Part shown: one piece after another, positions 52,768 through 62,170 of the stretch
How the letters are laid out: each line of letters opens with the position of its first letter
Numbering within the stretch: position 1 is the stretch's first letter
Source of the DNA: a virus
Taxonomy: Duplodnaviria; Caudoviricetes
Virus record (IMG/VR): IMGVR_UViG_3300038679_000051
Span: 32,001 to 96,000 of that record
Length of the DNA stretch: 64,000 nucleotides
Reading direction: 5' to 3' (one strand)
Notes under the pieces: generated by a model
Told to the model about the DNA's origin: nothing
Database searches by the model: none
What the model saw: the letters and a program-made list of their open reading frames with translations, nothing else
Made by a program: the position numbers and the translations under genes

Positions 52768-53535
52768 CTACCCATGGCATTCTCCTTTCCACATCCCTTG
52801 TGTGCTTCTTTCTATGCATTTGATGGCAGCTTCTGACATCACGTCATATCCGATTTCCTCGAATATTTGTGATTGTATGCTGGCATCCAAATAGGGCAGA
52901 CAACGAGGATTACATTTGACTGCCTTCATCGCTATGCGTAAATCCTTGATTGGTTCAAAACCTGACAGAATCTTTGGTGCATCTGTCGGTAAAAGAGAAA
53001 ACATGATGTCAAAAAGTTCAACGTTACTCATCATTACATAATGGCTTAGACAACTTATCATTTTGGGATATACGCGAGCAACCGTTGCGAGCATGGCACT
53101 GGGCAGATACTGAGATAAAACGAATGAATTGTTGATGAACAAATTCAACTCTGGATCATAGAGTGACGTAATGATGGCCACTCTTTCGAAGGATGGTTGA
53201 TTCTTTAGAATTTCTATGACCTTTATTAATCGTCCGTTTTTCGACATAGTCAACAAAAATTCTTTCGTAAATCTTTCAACTAAATGAATTGGTGCATGCT
53301 TGCACACCATAGCACGGGTATCCCGATGTGCGTACCATGCTGGATCGAACAATAATTCTTTAGTGCGTTCATTCTTAAGATATGGGTAGAGATCTTTTAT
53401 GGGGTAAGACATTAATCTTTTCAAACATGTGGCCGGATTCCATCGTGCCGTGTTTCCATTTACATTGTGCACGGCTTCGATGATGTCGTCTATTTCCTCC
53501 TTGGTGGCAGTTTCCAACCACTGTGAAACGTCCAT
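52768..53535 (-). CDS. Divergent MHW-cap homolog with degenerate helical repeats
   Basis: SQWLETATKEEIDDIIEAVHNV aligns by eye with MHWMTNASKEQLNDVIEAVRKF; C-terminal IAMKAVKCNPRCLPYL. Confidence 0.55.
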   Translation of the reverse strand: MDVSQWLETATKEEIDDIIEAVHNVNGNTARWNPATCLKRLMSYPIKDLYPYLKNERTKELLFDPAWYAHRDTRAMVCKHAPIHLVERFTKEFLLTMSKNGRLIKVIEILKNQPSFERVAIITSLYDPELNLFINNSFVLSQYLPSAMLATVARVYPKMISCLSHYVMMSNVELFDIMFSLLPTDAPKILSGFEPIKDLRIAMKAVKCNPRCLPYLDASIQSQIFEEIGYDVMSEAAIKCIERSTQGMWKGECHG

Positions 53536-53592
53536 TCTTTATTCCTCCTTTTCTGGTGCACCATACTGATAATATGGTGCACCCCAGATCAC

Positions 53593-54143
53593 CTATTTCC
53601 GCATTATCTCATTCAATTCAAGCCAGGCTCGAACTCGACGCATGTACGTGAAGACATGTCGACGATTATCACATGTCTTCATTTCTTCATAATGTCGTGA
53701 TTCCTCATCCCACTGATAATTAAGAATCTGATTCATGTCTCTCAAAATGCCGTATGGAACTTTAACAAGTCTAGCTACTTGATTGTTAGGTTTCTTCGGT
53801 TTCTTCGTCGCTTTATTCATTTCGTTCCCTTTCTGTGGCAAACCACCATGTCTTTCTAAGAGTGGAATGACCAACGTTTATCTTCATGATGGTAAATCCC
53901 ACCAATGACGTATGCTGGATTTTGTGGAAGACCTTCTTTGGGATAATAAGTGGCGGTGATTTCATATTCCAGATTGTCGTTCGCCAATGGACATAAATAA
54001 CAGAAATTGTAACCCTTATGATGAAACGCCCACGTTGCCAAATATCCGACCGCTGCATTAAAATCTTTACATTCCCTAAGTTTATTCCATGTTTCATTGT
54101 CGCCTATGAGAATTACTTTGCGCTCGCATCTATCGTCCTCCAT
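53593..54143 (-). other. Two hypothetical genes (53593-53820, 53856-54143)
   Basis: Co-oriented ORFs with RBSs. Confidence 0.55.
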
Positions 54144-54154
54144 GTCGATCCTCC

Positions 54155-55060
54155 TTAGACTTCCAATTTCCTGCGACCCAAAATGCGTGATTCCAAAGTG
54201 ATTGCCTGTTTTTCGAGGTCGGTCCCTGCCCCATTCAGAATCGATGAGTATTGTCTGATCCGTTCCTTGATCGCCTCAATTCTGCCGATGCGCGTCTTAC
54301 GCCACGTTTCAGTGACTTGTTGATGGCCTTCAGCCACGGCTTTGATGTCACGGTCAATTTCGAGCATCGACGCCAGCACCTCATCGTTGACGGCGGTTCT
54401 AACCGTTACGCGACTGCTTTCCACATCGGGAATCGGAAGATGATCAAAAGTGAGACCGGGGATTTGTTGCACCATCCGTGAGACGGCATCGATGACTTCG
54501 CCGTATGTGGCTGGGATGAAATAGACGCCACCTTGATTTCGGAGTGCCACGATGTCGGCACGACTCCTAAAGATCTTCTGTACGTATCGATTCATGTCGG
54601 ACGAATTGTACTTCGTCTTCTCAATTTCGAATAACTCAGCGATCCGTTTCTTGATTTCCTCGTTGCCTTTCACCAATGAGTCGGCAAAGATGCCGGTTTC
54701 GGCATATTTGTTCTTATCGATCACGACGCTCGTTTCCTTCACGTAATCGATATATGGTGTGTCATCATCCTGCAACGTCTCGGCAGTGAACTGATAGATT
54801 AGACGATCTTTATTTTCCGACACCAATTTGATGATGCGTTTTTCTTCCATGTTGCGTAGAGCACGAATGAATGATGAGCGCCAATTATGTTCTCGTGCGA
54901 AACTGGTGGGCAAACCGACCGATTCTAGAATTGCAGCGAATCTGTCTTGCGTCAATTCCACGTTGTGTGCGCTCGTCCAGCAGACATGCCCCAAAATTCG
55001 TACGTTCACGTTTTCCTGTTTGATTTGTCCAAAGATGGCACTTGCCGTCGTCATGTTCAT
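54155..55060 (-). CDS. DUF6744-like protein
   Basis: ILGHVCWTS...LESVGLP...FIRAL...GGVYFIP pattern (recollection of the family). Confidence 0.6.
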   Translation of the reverse strand: MNMTTASAIFGQIKQENVNVRILGHVCWTSAHNVELTQDRFAAILESVGLPTSFAREHNWRSSFIRALRNMEEKRIIKLVSENKDRLIYQFTAETLQDDDTPYIDYVKETSVVIDKNKYAETGIFADSLVKGNEEIKKRIAELFEIEKTKYNSSDMNRYVQKIFRSRADIVALRNQGGVYFIPATYGEVIDAVSRMVQQIPGLTFDHLPIPDVESSRVTVRTAVNDEVLASMLEIDRDIKAVAEGHQQVTETWRKTRIGRIEAIKERIRQYSSILNGAGTDLEKQAITLESRILGRRKLEV

Positions 55061-55101
55061 TCTCCTCGTTAGGTTGGAATTAGGTGGTAGTTTTGTTGGG
55101 A

Positions 55102-55488
55102 TTATTCGAATGCTTCGTCTTCGACCAGGGAATCTAATTTGCCGTCTTGATCGTAGTAAGCACCGATCGTAGTGCCGACCTTTAGATCTTTAATCAAATT
55201 TCTTATTTGTCTGATCTTACAAGCCTCGGCCCACATCCTCATGATGTATTGGTCTCGATTGCCAACTTCACCGTATTTGTTCAAAACTGCTATCCTGGCC
55301 AACCAAGACACGGACTCAGATACTTTCATTACTAGACCGACTGGTGATTTTGCTCGCGTGATCATGCCGATGAATTCCGTTGGGACTCCGAATTTTGGTT
55401 TATCCACGATTGTCAACGGTTCATTCGGGGCGAGATCGCCCAAGTTCCAGGATGGTGCAACAAGATATTTCCAACAATCCATGTTCAT
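55102..55488 (-). CDS. Hypothetical protein
   Basis: 128-aa ORF in the same run. Confidence 0.55.
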   Translation of the reverse strand: MNMDCWKYLVAPSWNLGDLAPNEPLTIVDKPKFGVPTEFIGMITRAKSPVGLVMKVSESVSWLARIAVLNKYGEVGNRDQYIMRMWAEACKIRQIRNLIKDLKVGTTIGAYYDQDGKLDSLVEDEAFE

Positions 55489-55489
55489 C

Positions 55490-56230
55490 TCACAATTCTA
55501 GTTTTCTGTGGCCCAATGCGCAGAATTTCTTAATTACCATTCTATCTACCGACGTTTCGTGCATCTCCTCGATCACTTCATCCTCCTGCTGTGACGTGAT
55601 GGCCACGTCTGCATCTGCGTCCGCGTCTGATCCATCTAACATTAATTTTCGTTGGCCTAATCCACCAAATTTGACGCGGACGACGTTGATGATTCTCTCG
55701 GCTAATTTTTTCAGGTATTCGCGGATTGATTGTGACAGTGCAGCATCCTTTTCGTTACATTCCTCCAAATTCATTGTCAACGTATCACGCATTCGCCGTA
55801 CGCCATTGGCAACCTTCGTCTCGTTCTTGCTGAGCAGCAACACGTGTGAATCCTTGGACCAGGAGTTCAACACGGTCACCATCATGTGTTTTGATGGGTC
55901 ATACGATTGTAGGACCTTAAACGTGCCATCTTGAGCATTCTGGACGTATTCCAGTTGCGTCACTTTATATTGAGTGCCGAGCATTCTGGCCGCCTCGTTG
56001 TCCTTCTTGAGTTGTTTCTCGTCCTGTGGTGCATAACCTTTCTTCACCTTTTCATTGATTTTGTCTTGGATGAATGCGGCACGTTCATATGGCGATCCGA
56101 AATCGTGCGTCTTTTCTTGCGGTTTCAATCCAATCCTTCCCCACTGAACTTTCACGGAAGTCGTACCAATTTCCTCGTATGCCCACATCTTATTCGAACT
56201 TCCCTCTTTGCACGTGAAGATTTGTTTCAT
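55490..56230 (-). CDS. WGR-domain protein
   Basis: EGSSNKMW...VKVQWGRIG...KINEKVKKGY. Confidence 0.85.
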   Translation of the reverse strand: MKQIFTCKEGSSNKMWAYEEIGTTSVKVQWGRIGLKPQEKTHDFGSPYERAAFIQDKINEKVKKGYAPQDEKQLKKDNEAARMLGTQYKVTQLEYVQNAQDGTFKVLQSYDPSKHMMVTVLNSWSKDSHVLLLSKNETKVANGVRRMRDTLTMNLEECNEKDAALSQSIREYLKKLAERIINVVRVKFGGLGQRKLMLDGSDADADADVAITSQQEDEVIEEMHETSVDRMVIKKFCALGHRKLEL

Positions 56231-56604
56231 CGACGTTCCCCTTTTGGTTGACAGTATTTGTCGATTACGCCCTTTAATTTATCTTTAGGCGTGGCCGTAA
56301 TTTTTGCAATCAATCCCGGATTTTGCCTCAACAACGACAACAGCATTCTAGCTTCTCTGCGACGATTGTTTTTCGCCTGTTTGCGACATTCTTTACACAA
56401 TTCGGATTGATAGAAACATGACGTGAACGATTCATGCTTCTTTTTGCATTTCTTGCAGATTAGCGTGCCAATCTGCTTGTTCGATTCTAAGTCGTATCTC
56501 AATGATCCGACGACGAAATGTGGATATTTCTCTTTTAATTCCGTTTCATCCATCCTGGCTGCGGCTACTCGTTCCAACAGCATCTGCATTTCTTTTTTGT
56601 CCAT
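56227..56604 (-). CDS. Zinc-finger protein (paralog of 57383-57667)
   Basis: KYPHFVVGS...NKQ...CKKC...ESFTS...CKECRK. Confidence 0.65.
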   Translation of the reverse strand: MDKKEMQMLLERVAAARMDETELKEKYPHFVVGSLRYDLESNKQIGTLICKKCKKKHESFTSCFYQSELCKECRKQAKNNRRREARMLLSLLRQNPGLIAKITATPKDKLKGVIDKYCQPKGERR

Positions 56605-57322
56605 TTTTCTCCTCCGTGTTCTCGATCCACGTTCTGATCATGCTGTTCAGATGTCTGTGTTCGTTTGGCATTATGCGTATGAATTCCGAAAATTCATCGA
56701 CGTACAGATCTCTTTTGTTGGCCATGTTTTCAGCAACTATCATTTGTGCTTCGAGCAGCGTTTGTTTGTCTTTGAACCGAAGTTTATGTAACAACCACGG
56801 CGATCGACTTTTTTTAATTGCGATCAATTTCATGTCATCACCCATGGCATAACCGTAGTCTAAGGGTAATTTTGGGTTAACGTTGATCGCGATGATTGTC
56901 AACTCCCTGATTTGTTCTTCCGTATAATTCAAATGCTTGCAACTATGCTTGCATTGATTTAGGAAATTACTGACACATTTTTCGGATGCGGCATGCATCG
57001 CTGCATGGCGGAATTCAAAATTATCTAATTCTGATGGGATTGTAATGTGACCTCTATTGACGTTCGTGTATGTCTGTAGAATCAATTCCGGCACTTTGCA
57101 TTTCATGTTATAAATCCATGTTCCATTTATGAGAGAATATTTTTTATGTCCAGTGTCGGCATGTTCAATCAAATTAGCCATCAATTTATGATCCGTCATT
57201 CGTAAGACGTTTTTGTCGACTTTTCGCATTGCTTGCAATATGTCTTCGACGATTTCCCGCGTCGCTAATGATGATGCAATAAATTCCTTGAACGGCATTG
57301 GTCTCCACTTCGGTTCATTCAT
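56546..57322 (-). CDS. Divergent MHW-cap homolog with helical repeats
   Basis: ATREIVEDILQAMRKVDKNVLRMTDHKLMANLI aligns by eye with VTKEQLNDVIQAVRKIDDNHKNMEDEMIVEQLL. Confidence 0.5.
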   Translation of the reverse strand: MNEPKWRPMPFKEFIASSLATREIVEDILQAMRKVDKNVLRMTDHKLMANLIEHADTGHKKYSLINGTWIYNMKCKVPELILQTYTNVNRGHITIPSELDNFEFRHAAMHAASEKCVSNFLNQCKHSCKHLNYTEEQIRELTIIAINVNPKLPLDYGYAMGDDMKLIAIKKSRSPWLLHKLRFKDKQTLLEAQMIVAENMANKRDLYVDEFSEFIRIMPNEHRHLNSMIRTWIENTEEKNGQKRNADAVGTSSRSQDG

Positions 57323-57341
57323 CGCTTCTCCTTCCAATGAG

Positions 57342-57373
57342 CATGGGTGGCGAGGTAAGCCTCGCCACCCATG
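57342..57373. promoter_or_regulatory. 14-bp perfect inverted repeat directly upstream of an RBS
   Basis: CATGGGTGGCGAGG-TAAG-CCTCGCCACCCATG; related element at 58447-58481. Confidence 0.65.
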
Positions 57374-57382
57374 TCGTTATCG

Positions 57383-57667
57383 TTATTTCTTATCTTTCTT
57401 CGTTTCTTTCTTGACCTCTTTCTTTGTCTTTGTTTCTTCTTTGGTCTCTTCTTTAATTTTCTTGGTTTTCTTGCGACAATCCGCACATGTCTTCAGTTGG
57501 AACAGATCGGATGTGAAGCATTCGTATTCCGTACCACAGGCACATTTACAACGCGCACGTTGTTTGTTCTTGGTGGCATCCCAAACGATGGAACCCGCGA
57601 CGAAGTGTGGATACTTGGCGAAGTATTCATCGCCTTTTCTTTTCACTTGCTTTGCTTGCTTTGCCAT
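57383..57667 (-). CDS. Zinc-finger protein with Lys/Glu tail (paralog of 56227-56604)
   Basis: KYPHFVAGS...NKQ...CKCAC...ECFTS...CADCRK. Confidence 0.7.
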   Translation of the reverse strand: MAKQAKQVKRKGDEYFAKYPHFVAGSIVWDATKNKQRARCKCACGTEYECFTSDLFQLKTCADCRKKTKKIKEETKEETKTKKEVKKETKKDKK

Positions 57668-57793
57668 GGTCTCTTCTCCTTTTGTTTCGGTTCAATTGCC
57701 AATTGCACGATTTGTACGACACGGTTTACGTCTTAATCATCACATTCGTTTAATCTCCTTTTGATTGTTGTCAATCATTGCGTTTGCATTTGC

Positions 57794-57822
57794 GTTTTAA
57801 TCTCTATTGGGTCGATTGTCAA
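57794..57822 (-). promoter_or_regulatory. Sigma-70-type promoter
   Basis: TTGACA-17 nt-TAAAAC immediately after the hairpin at 57836-57858. Confidence 0.55.
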
Positions 57823-57835
57823 GAATTAAATTAAT

Positions 57836-57990
57836 GCCGGTCTAACTTCTTGACCGGCAAGTCCCGCAATCGGGAAGGAGACCGATAGGGACCTGCGGGT
57901 GATTTGGGGCTGAATGTTACGACCTTTCGGCCGCTGAGCCTGCCCTTGGGGTACGTCCGCCCGCTGCGTCGCTCCCGCATTCGGCTCATA
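57836..57990. ncRNA. GC-rich, highly self-complementary intergenic element (candidate RNA), ending in a terminator-like hairpin
   Basis: GCCGGTC/GACCGGC; GTCCC+ATCGG/CCGAT+GGGAC; GGGCTGAATG/CATTCGGCTC; minus-strand GCGGCC-GAAA-GGTCGT. Confidence 0.35.
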
Positions 57991-57992
57991 CA

Positions 57993-59332
57993 TTACATAA
58001 TTTTTATTTTTTTCGATTTAGATAAGAATTTGGCAAAATTCCTACTGAAATCAGTAGGCTTGCAGAAGCATTCTGGAGAGAAGACAGATTTCTCACCAGT
58101 GAGCAAGTAACCTATGACTATTTGATAATCACCATAATGACGGTTATTTAACACGACCAACATGACGTTGCATCCGTCTACAATTCTAGCTTCTATTTTA
58201 TTGCCGAATTTATTTGGCCAAATGCAGTCTTCAATGTTGATCTTCCGTCCAAATTTCTTAATGATTTGCTCATTGACATACGTCTCTTCCATGCGTACAA
58301 TCGCAGCCTTAAATTCGTCTATTGCGTTTGGCATGTCTGGTGCAGACATTTCGAACGATGCGTCGCCGATGGTTATTTTGACGGGCACTCGTTTTATATC
58401 GAGTTCATTAAGCTTGTGTTTTAATTGGTCAATCATCGTTTCTCCTTCCATGGGCTGGGCGGCGAGGCTTACTCGCCCAGCTTCGTCATTCTGGCTCACC
58501 CATCATGAAAATTCTTGCATTCTTACCTTGACTCCGTAGCACGCTTAATCGTGCTTTTGCTTTTTCTATTTCGGTAACCGGAAACGTTAGGGCATCCAAC
58601 TCCTGGTAACAACCCTCATAGCAGGGATTACCCTTGGGGTTTTTTGTGATTGCGCAGATTAAAAAGCGCGTCTTTAACTTCATTGTCGTGGGTTTGGGGT
58701 GCATTTCTTGTTCATCCAATTCCGTGAACGGTCCATAACGTTCCTGCTCAAGATAGGCGTTGACTAAATCGTGTTGTTCATCCACCTCCTTCTGTGTCAT
58801 CGGCTGGATTGGATTAACGGGGATGCCGGATCGCATTAATCGTTTGCCGGTCGTTGGGTCGTATGAATAAACCATCTTGATCTCCTTATAAACGTGGATT
58901 GAAACTACCATGTGCTTGTTTTTGTATCTTGTAGTGGTGTCGAAACTGGGTGAGAGCAGTCGTAGCCGCAATTCAGCCAGATATTGTTCGACGAAAAGCA
59001 GACGTTCATGTCCTTGTAAATCAAAAACGAACAAAGTCAATCTGGGGCTACGTTACCGCCAAGCGTGCCATGATCACCAAATTCGATGTCGGCGAAACGT
59101 TGAGCGACCTCACGGATCTTGGTGATTCTTTTCTTTGTCTTACTATTCATCTTTTGCTCCTTTTTGTTTTCTTTTTTCCGACATATTTAAGCTTAATCGC
59201 TCCACCTACCGTAGCGGATAGGTCTCGCGGCACGCGTCTCCAGACACTATCTGGGACGGTCTTACCGATTTCAGACAAAATCGTCCCAATGGATTTCACT
59301 TTCTTTTTCCGCTTCCCGCATGGTTTTTTCAT
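57993..59332 (-). other. Four small hypothetical genes (57993-58436, 58486-58875, 59037-59150, 59147-59332)
   Basis: RBS-preceded starts; 59037-59150 is a 37-aa ATGA-coupled ORF missing from the track. Confidence 0.5.
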
Positions 59333-59343
59333 TTCTTCCTCCT

Positions 59344-60663
59344 TTATGAGGCGTAGAACTCCTGAGGTAGCAGGCTCATGTCCCACATATTCTTCCACCC
59401 CCGGCGTCCGGTATCCCGCCAGATGACCAGCTTCTTCTCGGCGTACGGAGCGAAGACTTTCCGACATTGGGCCAAGAATGGCACTTCCCATGCCGTCGTC
59501 ATCTTGGTCACAATCTCGGACCCAACCCTCTCGGCCAGCTTCTTGGGGATGTCCCCATAGAGGCAGGTCAACCCGACGCAAATCTCGTCGGCCAACCCAT
59601 ACGCCTCGGCGAACGTCCCATGTTCTATTGCCATGCTAGAGATGTCCGGCATACATGGACAGACGTTGACCACCAGTTTGATTTTCCTCTGTCTGTAGAT
59701 CTCCCTAATCGCAGCAATCCTCTGTTCGTTGGGCGGCGCGTTTTGTTCCAGCCGCTTTCGCATCTCCTCGTCGAATGGAGAGAGTGCCATGTGGATGGAC
59801 GGATTCGGGAGCTTCGATATGAGGTCGAGATCACGAACCACAAGTGGTGATTTGGTGAAGATCCCGACCTTGGTCACATCTTTACCGCCGACAAGGTGAC
59901 GTAGGATGGTCTGCGTCGCCAGCGCCTTCTCCTCGCAGGGCTGGTACGGGTCTATATGGGTGCCGATAACCACCCTTCCCTTGAGGTCAAGTGGTAAGCA
60001 GGAAAAATCCTTGGACACACAGCCGTAGCAGTAGACGCAGCCGTGGGAGCAACCAGTGTACGGGTTATATCCGCGATCGAAACAGGAGAATCCGGTGGTC
60101 CTCGCATCCGTTGCCCCTTGCACGGAGGCGGTCGACCCCAGAAGCACGGCCTCGTAATTCTTGATCTCGAACACGTCGGTCTGGGCGTATTGATTGGTTA
60201 CACCAGCCAGTAGGGCGTGCATCGCCTCGTCGTGAGTCTCCACGGCCCTGACCGTCCGTTTGGACACCTCGCCTGTCTTATTGAAAAAGATCTTGATCAC
60301 CAGGAACGTTCCGGTCCGAATGGCGTGTTTCTTCTTGTCGCCCCGGCCCATGGTAATGGTAATCTTCTGATTGCCGGGGACTTCCAGCGTCCGATAGATT
60401 GCGCCATCCTTGGAAATGAAAGCGGCATTCCGCGTAGTGTGCCAGTGGAAGTTGCCATCGTACGTCTCGGAGAGCGCTCCCTCTCCGCCTTTCTGGACGG
60501 AGACCACGACGTTACTGATCTTCCCCGATCCGCCCCGGTCCTCGTTCCTGGTGCTCTGAATCCCGACGATCCAGTAATCGCCGTCCTTACTTTGCATCTT
60601 GCCGAAGTCCAGCCCAGACTTCATGTTGGTACCCTGGAAGAGCGGAGTCACGTCTTTTTCCAT
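59344..60663 (-). CDS. Radical SAM protein (SplB/Rv2578c-like) with an unrecognised ~170-aa N-terminal domain
   Basis: YNPYTGCSHGCVYCY (CxxxCxxC), GTHIDPYQPCE, FTKSPLVVRDLDLI; GC about 58-65% in sampled lines versus about 38% in the flank. Confidence 0.85.
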   Translation of the reverse strand: MEKDVTPLFQGTNMKSGLDFGKMQSKDGDYWIVGIQSTRNEDRGGSGKISNVVVSVQKGGEGALSETYDGNFHWHTTRNAAFISKDGAIYRTLEVPGNQKITITMGRGDKKKHAIRTGTFLVIKIFFNKTGEVSKRTVRAVETHDEAMHALLAGVTNQYAQTDVFEIKNYEAVLLGSTASVQGATDARTTGFSCFDRGYNPYTGCSHGCVYCYGCVSKDFSCLPLDLKGRVVIGTHIDPYQPCEEKALATQTILRHLVGGKDVTKVGIFTKSPLVVRDLDLISKLPNPSIHMALSPFDEEMRKRLEQNAPPNEQRIAAIREIYRQRKIKLVVNVCPCMPDISSMAIEHGTFAEAYGLADEICVGLTCLYGDIPKKLAERVGSEIVTKMTTAWEVPFLAQCRKVFAPYAEKKLVIWRDTGRRGWKNMWDMSLLPQEFYAS

Positions 60664-60672
60664 TTCTTCCTC

Positions 60673-61471
60673 CTATCCGTTGTACGCCGTCTGACAATCC
60701 TCATCGCAGCATCGTTGCCCGCGTTCTGTCGGTTCAAACCAATTTCCACACCAATCACATTGTCGCGGATTTTGCCATGATGGACATCCGGTCTCATGAC
60801 AAAAAACGCCATTTATCATGACTGCTTCACAATCATCGCATTTCTTAACCTTCCGTGGCTTAATTCCGGGCATTCTCTCCTTTCTTGTAGTATGGATTGA
60901 CAAACGTTCCTCATTTCTGCAGGTAGCCAGAAATCCTATCCAATCACGAATGTGTTGAATGCTGTCCAAATCATGAAGATTCGTCTGAATTTCAAACTCA
61001 TCACCTTTCAATCTATAATGCATCCATACGTTTCCATTTTCATAAAAGATGATATAAACGTTCGCCAATGGTACGCCGAACGGCGATTCTAATTTAAATG
61101 ATGCCGTGGCTACTTGAGTGGCTACTTGAACGAATTTAATGCCCAAGTCTTTGGTCAATTCATCGAGGATTTTCTGATACATGGCCTCAATTTCCTGACG
61201 TTGGTCGTCTCTGCTTCTTCTTTTTGTCTGATTCATCTATGAATGGCATTACATTTCCACTGTTAATATCATCCTTGATGTTGATTTTTATATGGTGATC
61301 CATTAACCAATCCACCAAGAACAATAGACCAATCCACCAAGAACAATAGTCGCAATTCCATTCCTTTCCATTTACAGTAAAGCCACTTCTTGACTTCCTT
61401 GTGAAAACTATCTTAAATTCACGAATGTCCGGTTTTTGCTTCTTTTGCTTCTTTTGTTTTTTCATTTTCAT
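60673..61471 (-). other. Two hypothetical genes (60673-61182, 61187-61471)
   Basis: 60673 ends in a Cys-rich cluster (CDDC...CHETGC...CDWC...CCDEDC). Confidence 0.55.
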
Positions 61472-61499
61472 TCTCCTCTTTCTGCGTCCACGGAGCAGA

Positions 61500-61521
61500 C
61501 GACCATCAACATTGATGGTCG
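61500..61521. promoter_or_regulatory. 22-bp palindrome abutting the middle repeat
   Basis: CGACCATCAA-CA-TTGATGGTCG. Confidence 0.55.
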
Positions 61522-61548
61522 TCATTCCCTCAATTTCCTGACGTTTCT

Positions 61549-62160
61549 CTACTTCTTCTTTATGGAAAGTGATTCTATTTCAAATTTAGTTGTATCGACA
61601 AAATCTATTACCTCCGTCATATTTGCTGCAATTGCTGCATCAATCGCTGCAGTGCAAATTTCCAACGTCTGCTTTTTAACAAATTCAAGCGCCATCCCGC
61701 ATTTCTGCACTGCTGCCAGACATATTTCCGGCGTCTGCTTTTTTACATATTCAAGCGCCTGACCATTTTGTTTTACTGCCGCCAGACATATTTCAGGTGT
61801 CTGTTTTTTGACATATCGAAGTGCCCAACCATTTTCTTTTACTGCTGCCATACATATTTCCGGCGTCTGCTTTTTTACATATTCAAGCGCCTGACCATTT
61901 TGTTTTACTGCCGCCAGACATATCTCTGGCGTCTGATCTTTGACGAATTTAATTGTATAACCATTTCGTTGTACTGCTGCCATGCATATTTCAGGAAATT
62001 GATCGCCCAAATCATGGAGTACGCCCCACAAGCTTATTTCATTGTTCAACAATCTCTCTACAATCGTTTCATCCTTCATCTGTTTATAATCGTCAATCTT
62101 CTGCACTACTTGAATTACGTCGCTTATTTGTTTCTTGCTTGCGTTCGTCATCCAGTGCAC
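61549..62160 (-). CDS. MHW-cap / DUF4116-repeat protein 10
   Basis: GTG start, MHWMTNASKKQI cap plus about 5 repeats. Confidence 0.85.
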   Translation of the reverse strand: MHWMTNASKKQISDVIQVVQKIDDYKQMKDETIVERLLNNEISLWGVLHDLGDQFPEICMAAVQRNGYTIKFVKDQTPEICLAAVKQNGQALEYVKKQTPEICMAAVKENGWALRYVKKQTPEICLAAVKQNGQALEYVKKQTPEICLAAVQKCGMALEFVKKQTLEICTAAIDAAIAANMTEVIDFVDTTKFEIESLSIKKK

Positions 62161-62170
62161 GTTTTATCTC

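Noticed and set aside
57915-57945. Hammerhead ribozyme (GGCC-GAAA-GGTC followed by GTAAC on the minus strand)
   Set aside because: The CUGAnGA core is absent (CTCAGC) and GAAAC is replaced by GTAAC.
58486-59040. 184-aa ORF as given in the track
   Set aside because: The TTG start has no RBS. A clear AAGGAG RBS precedes ATG 58875, so the gene is probably shorter.
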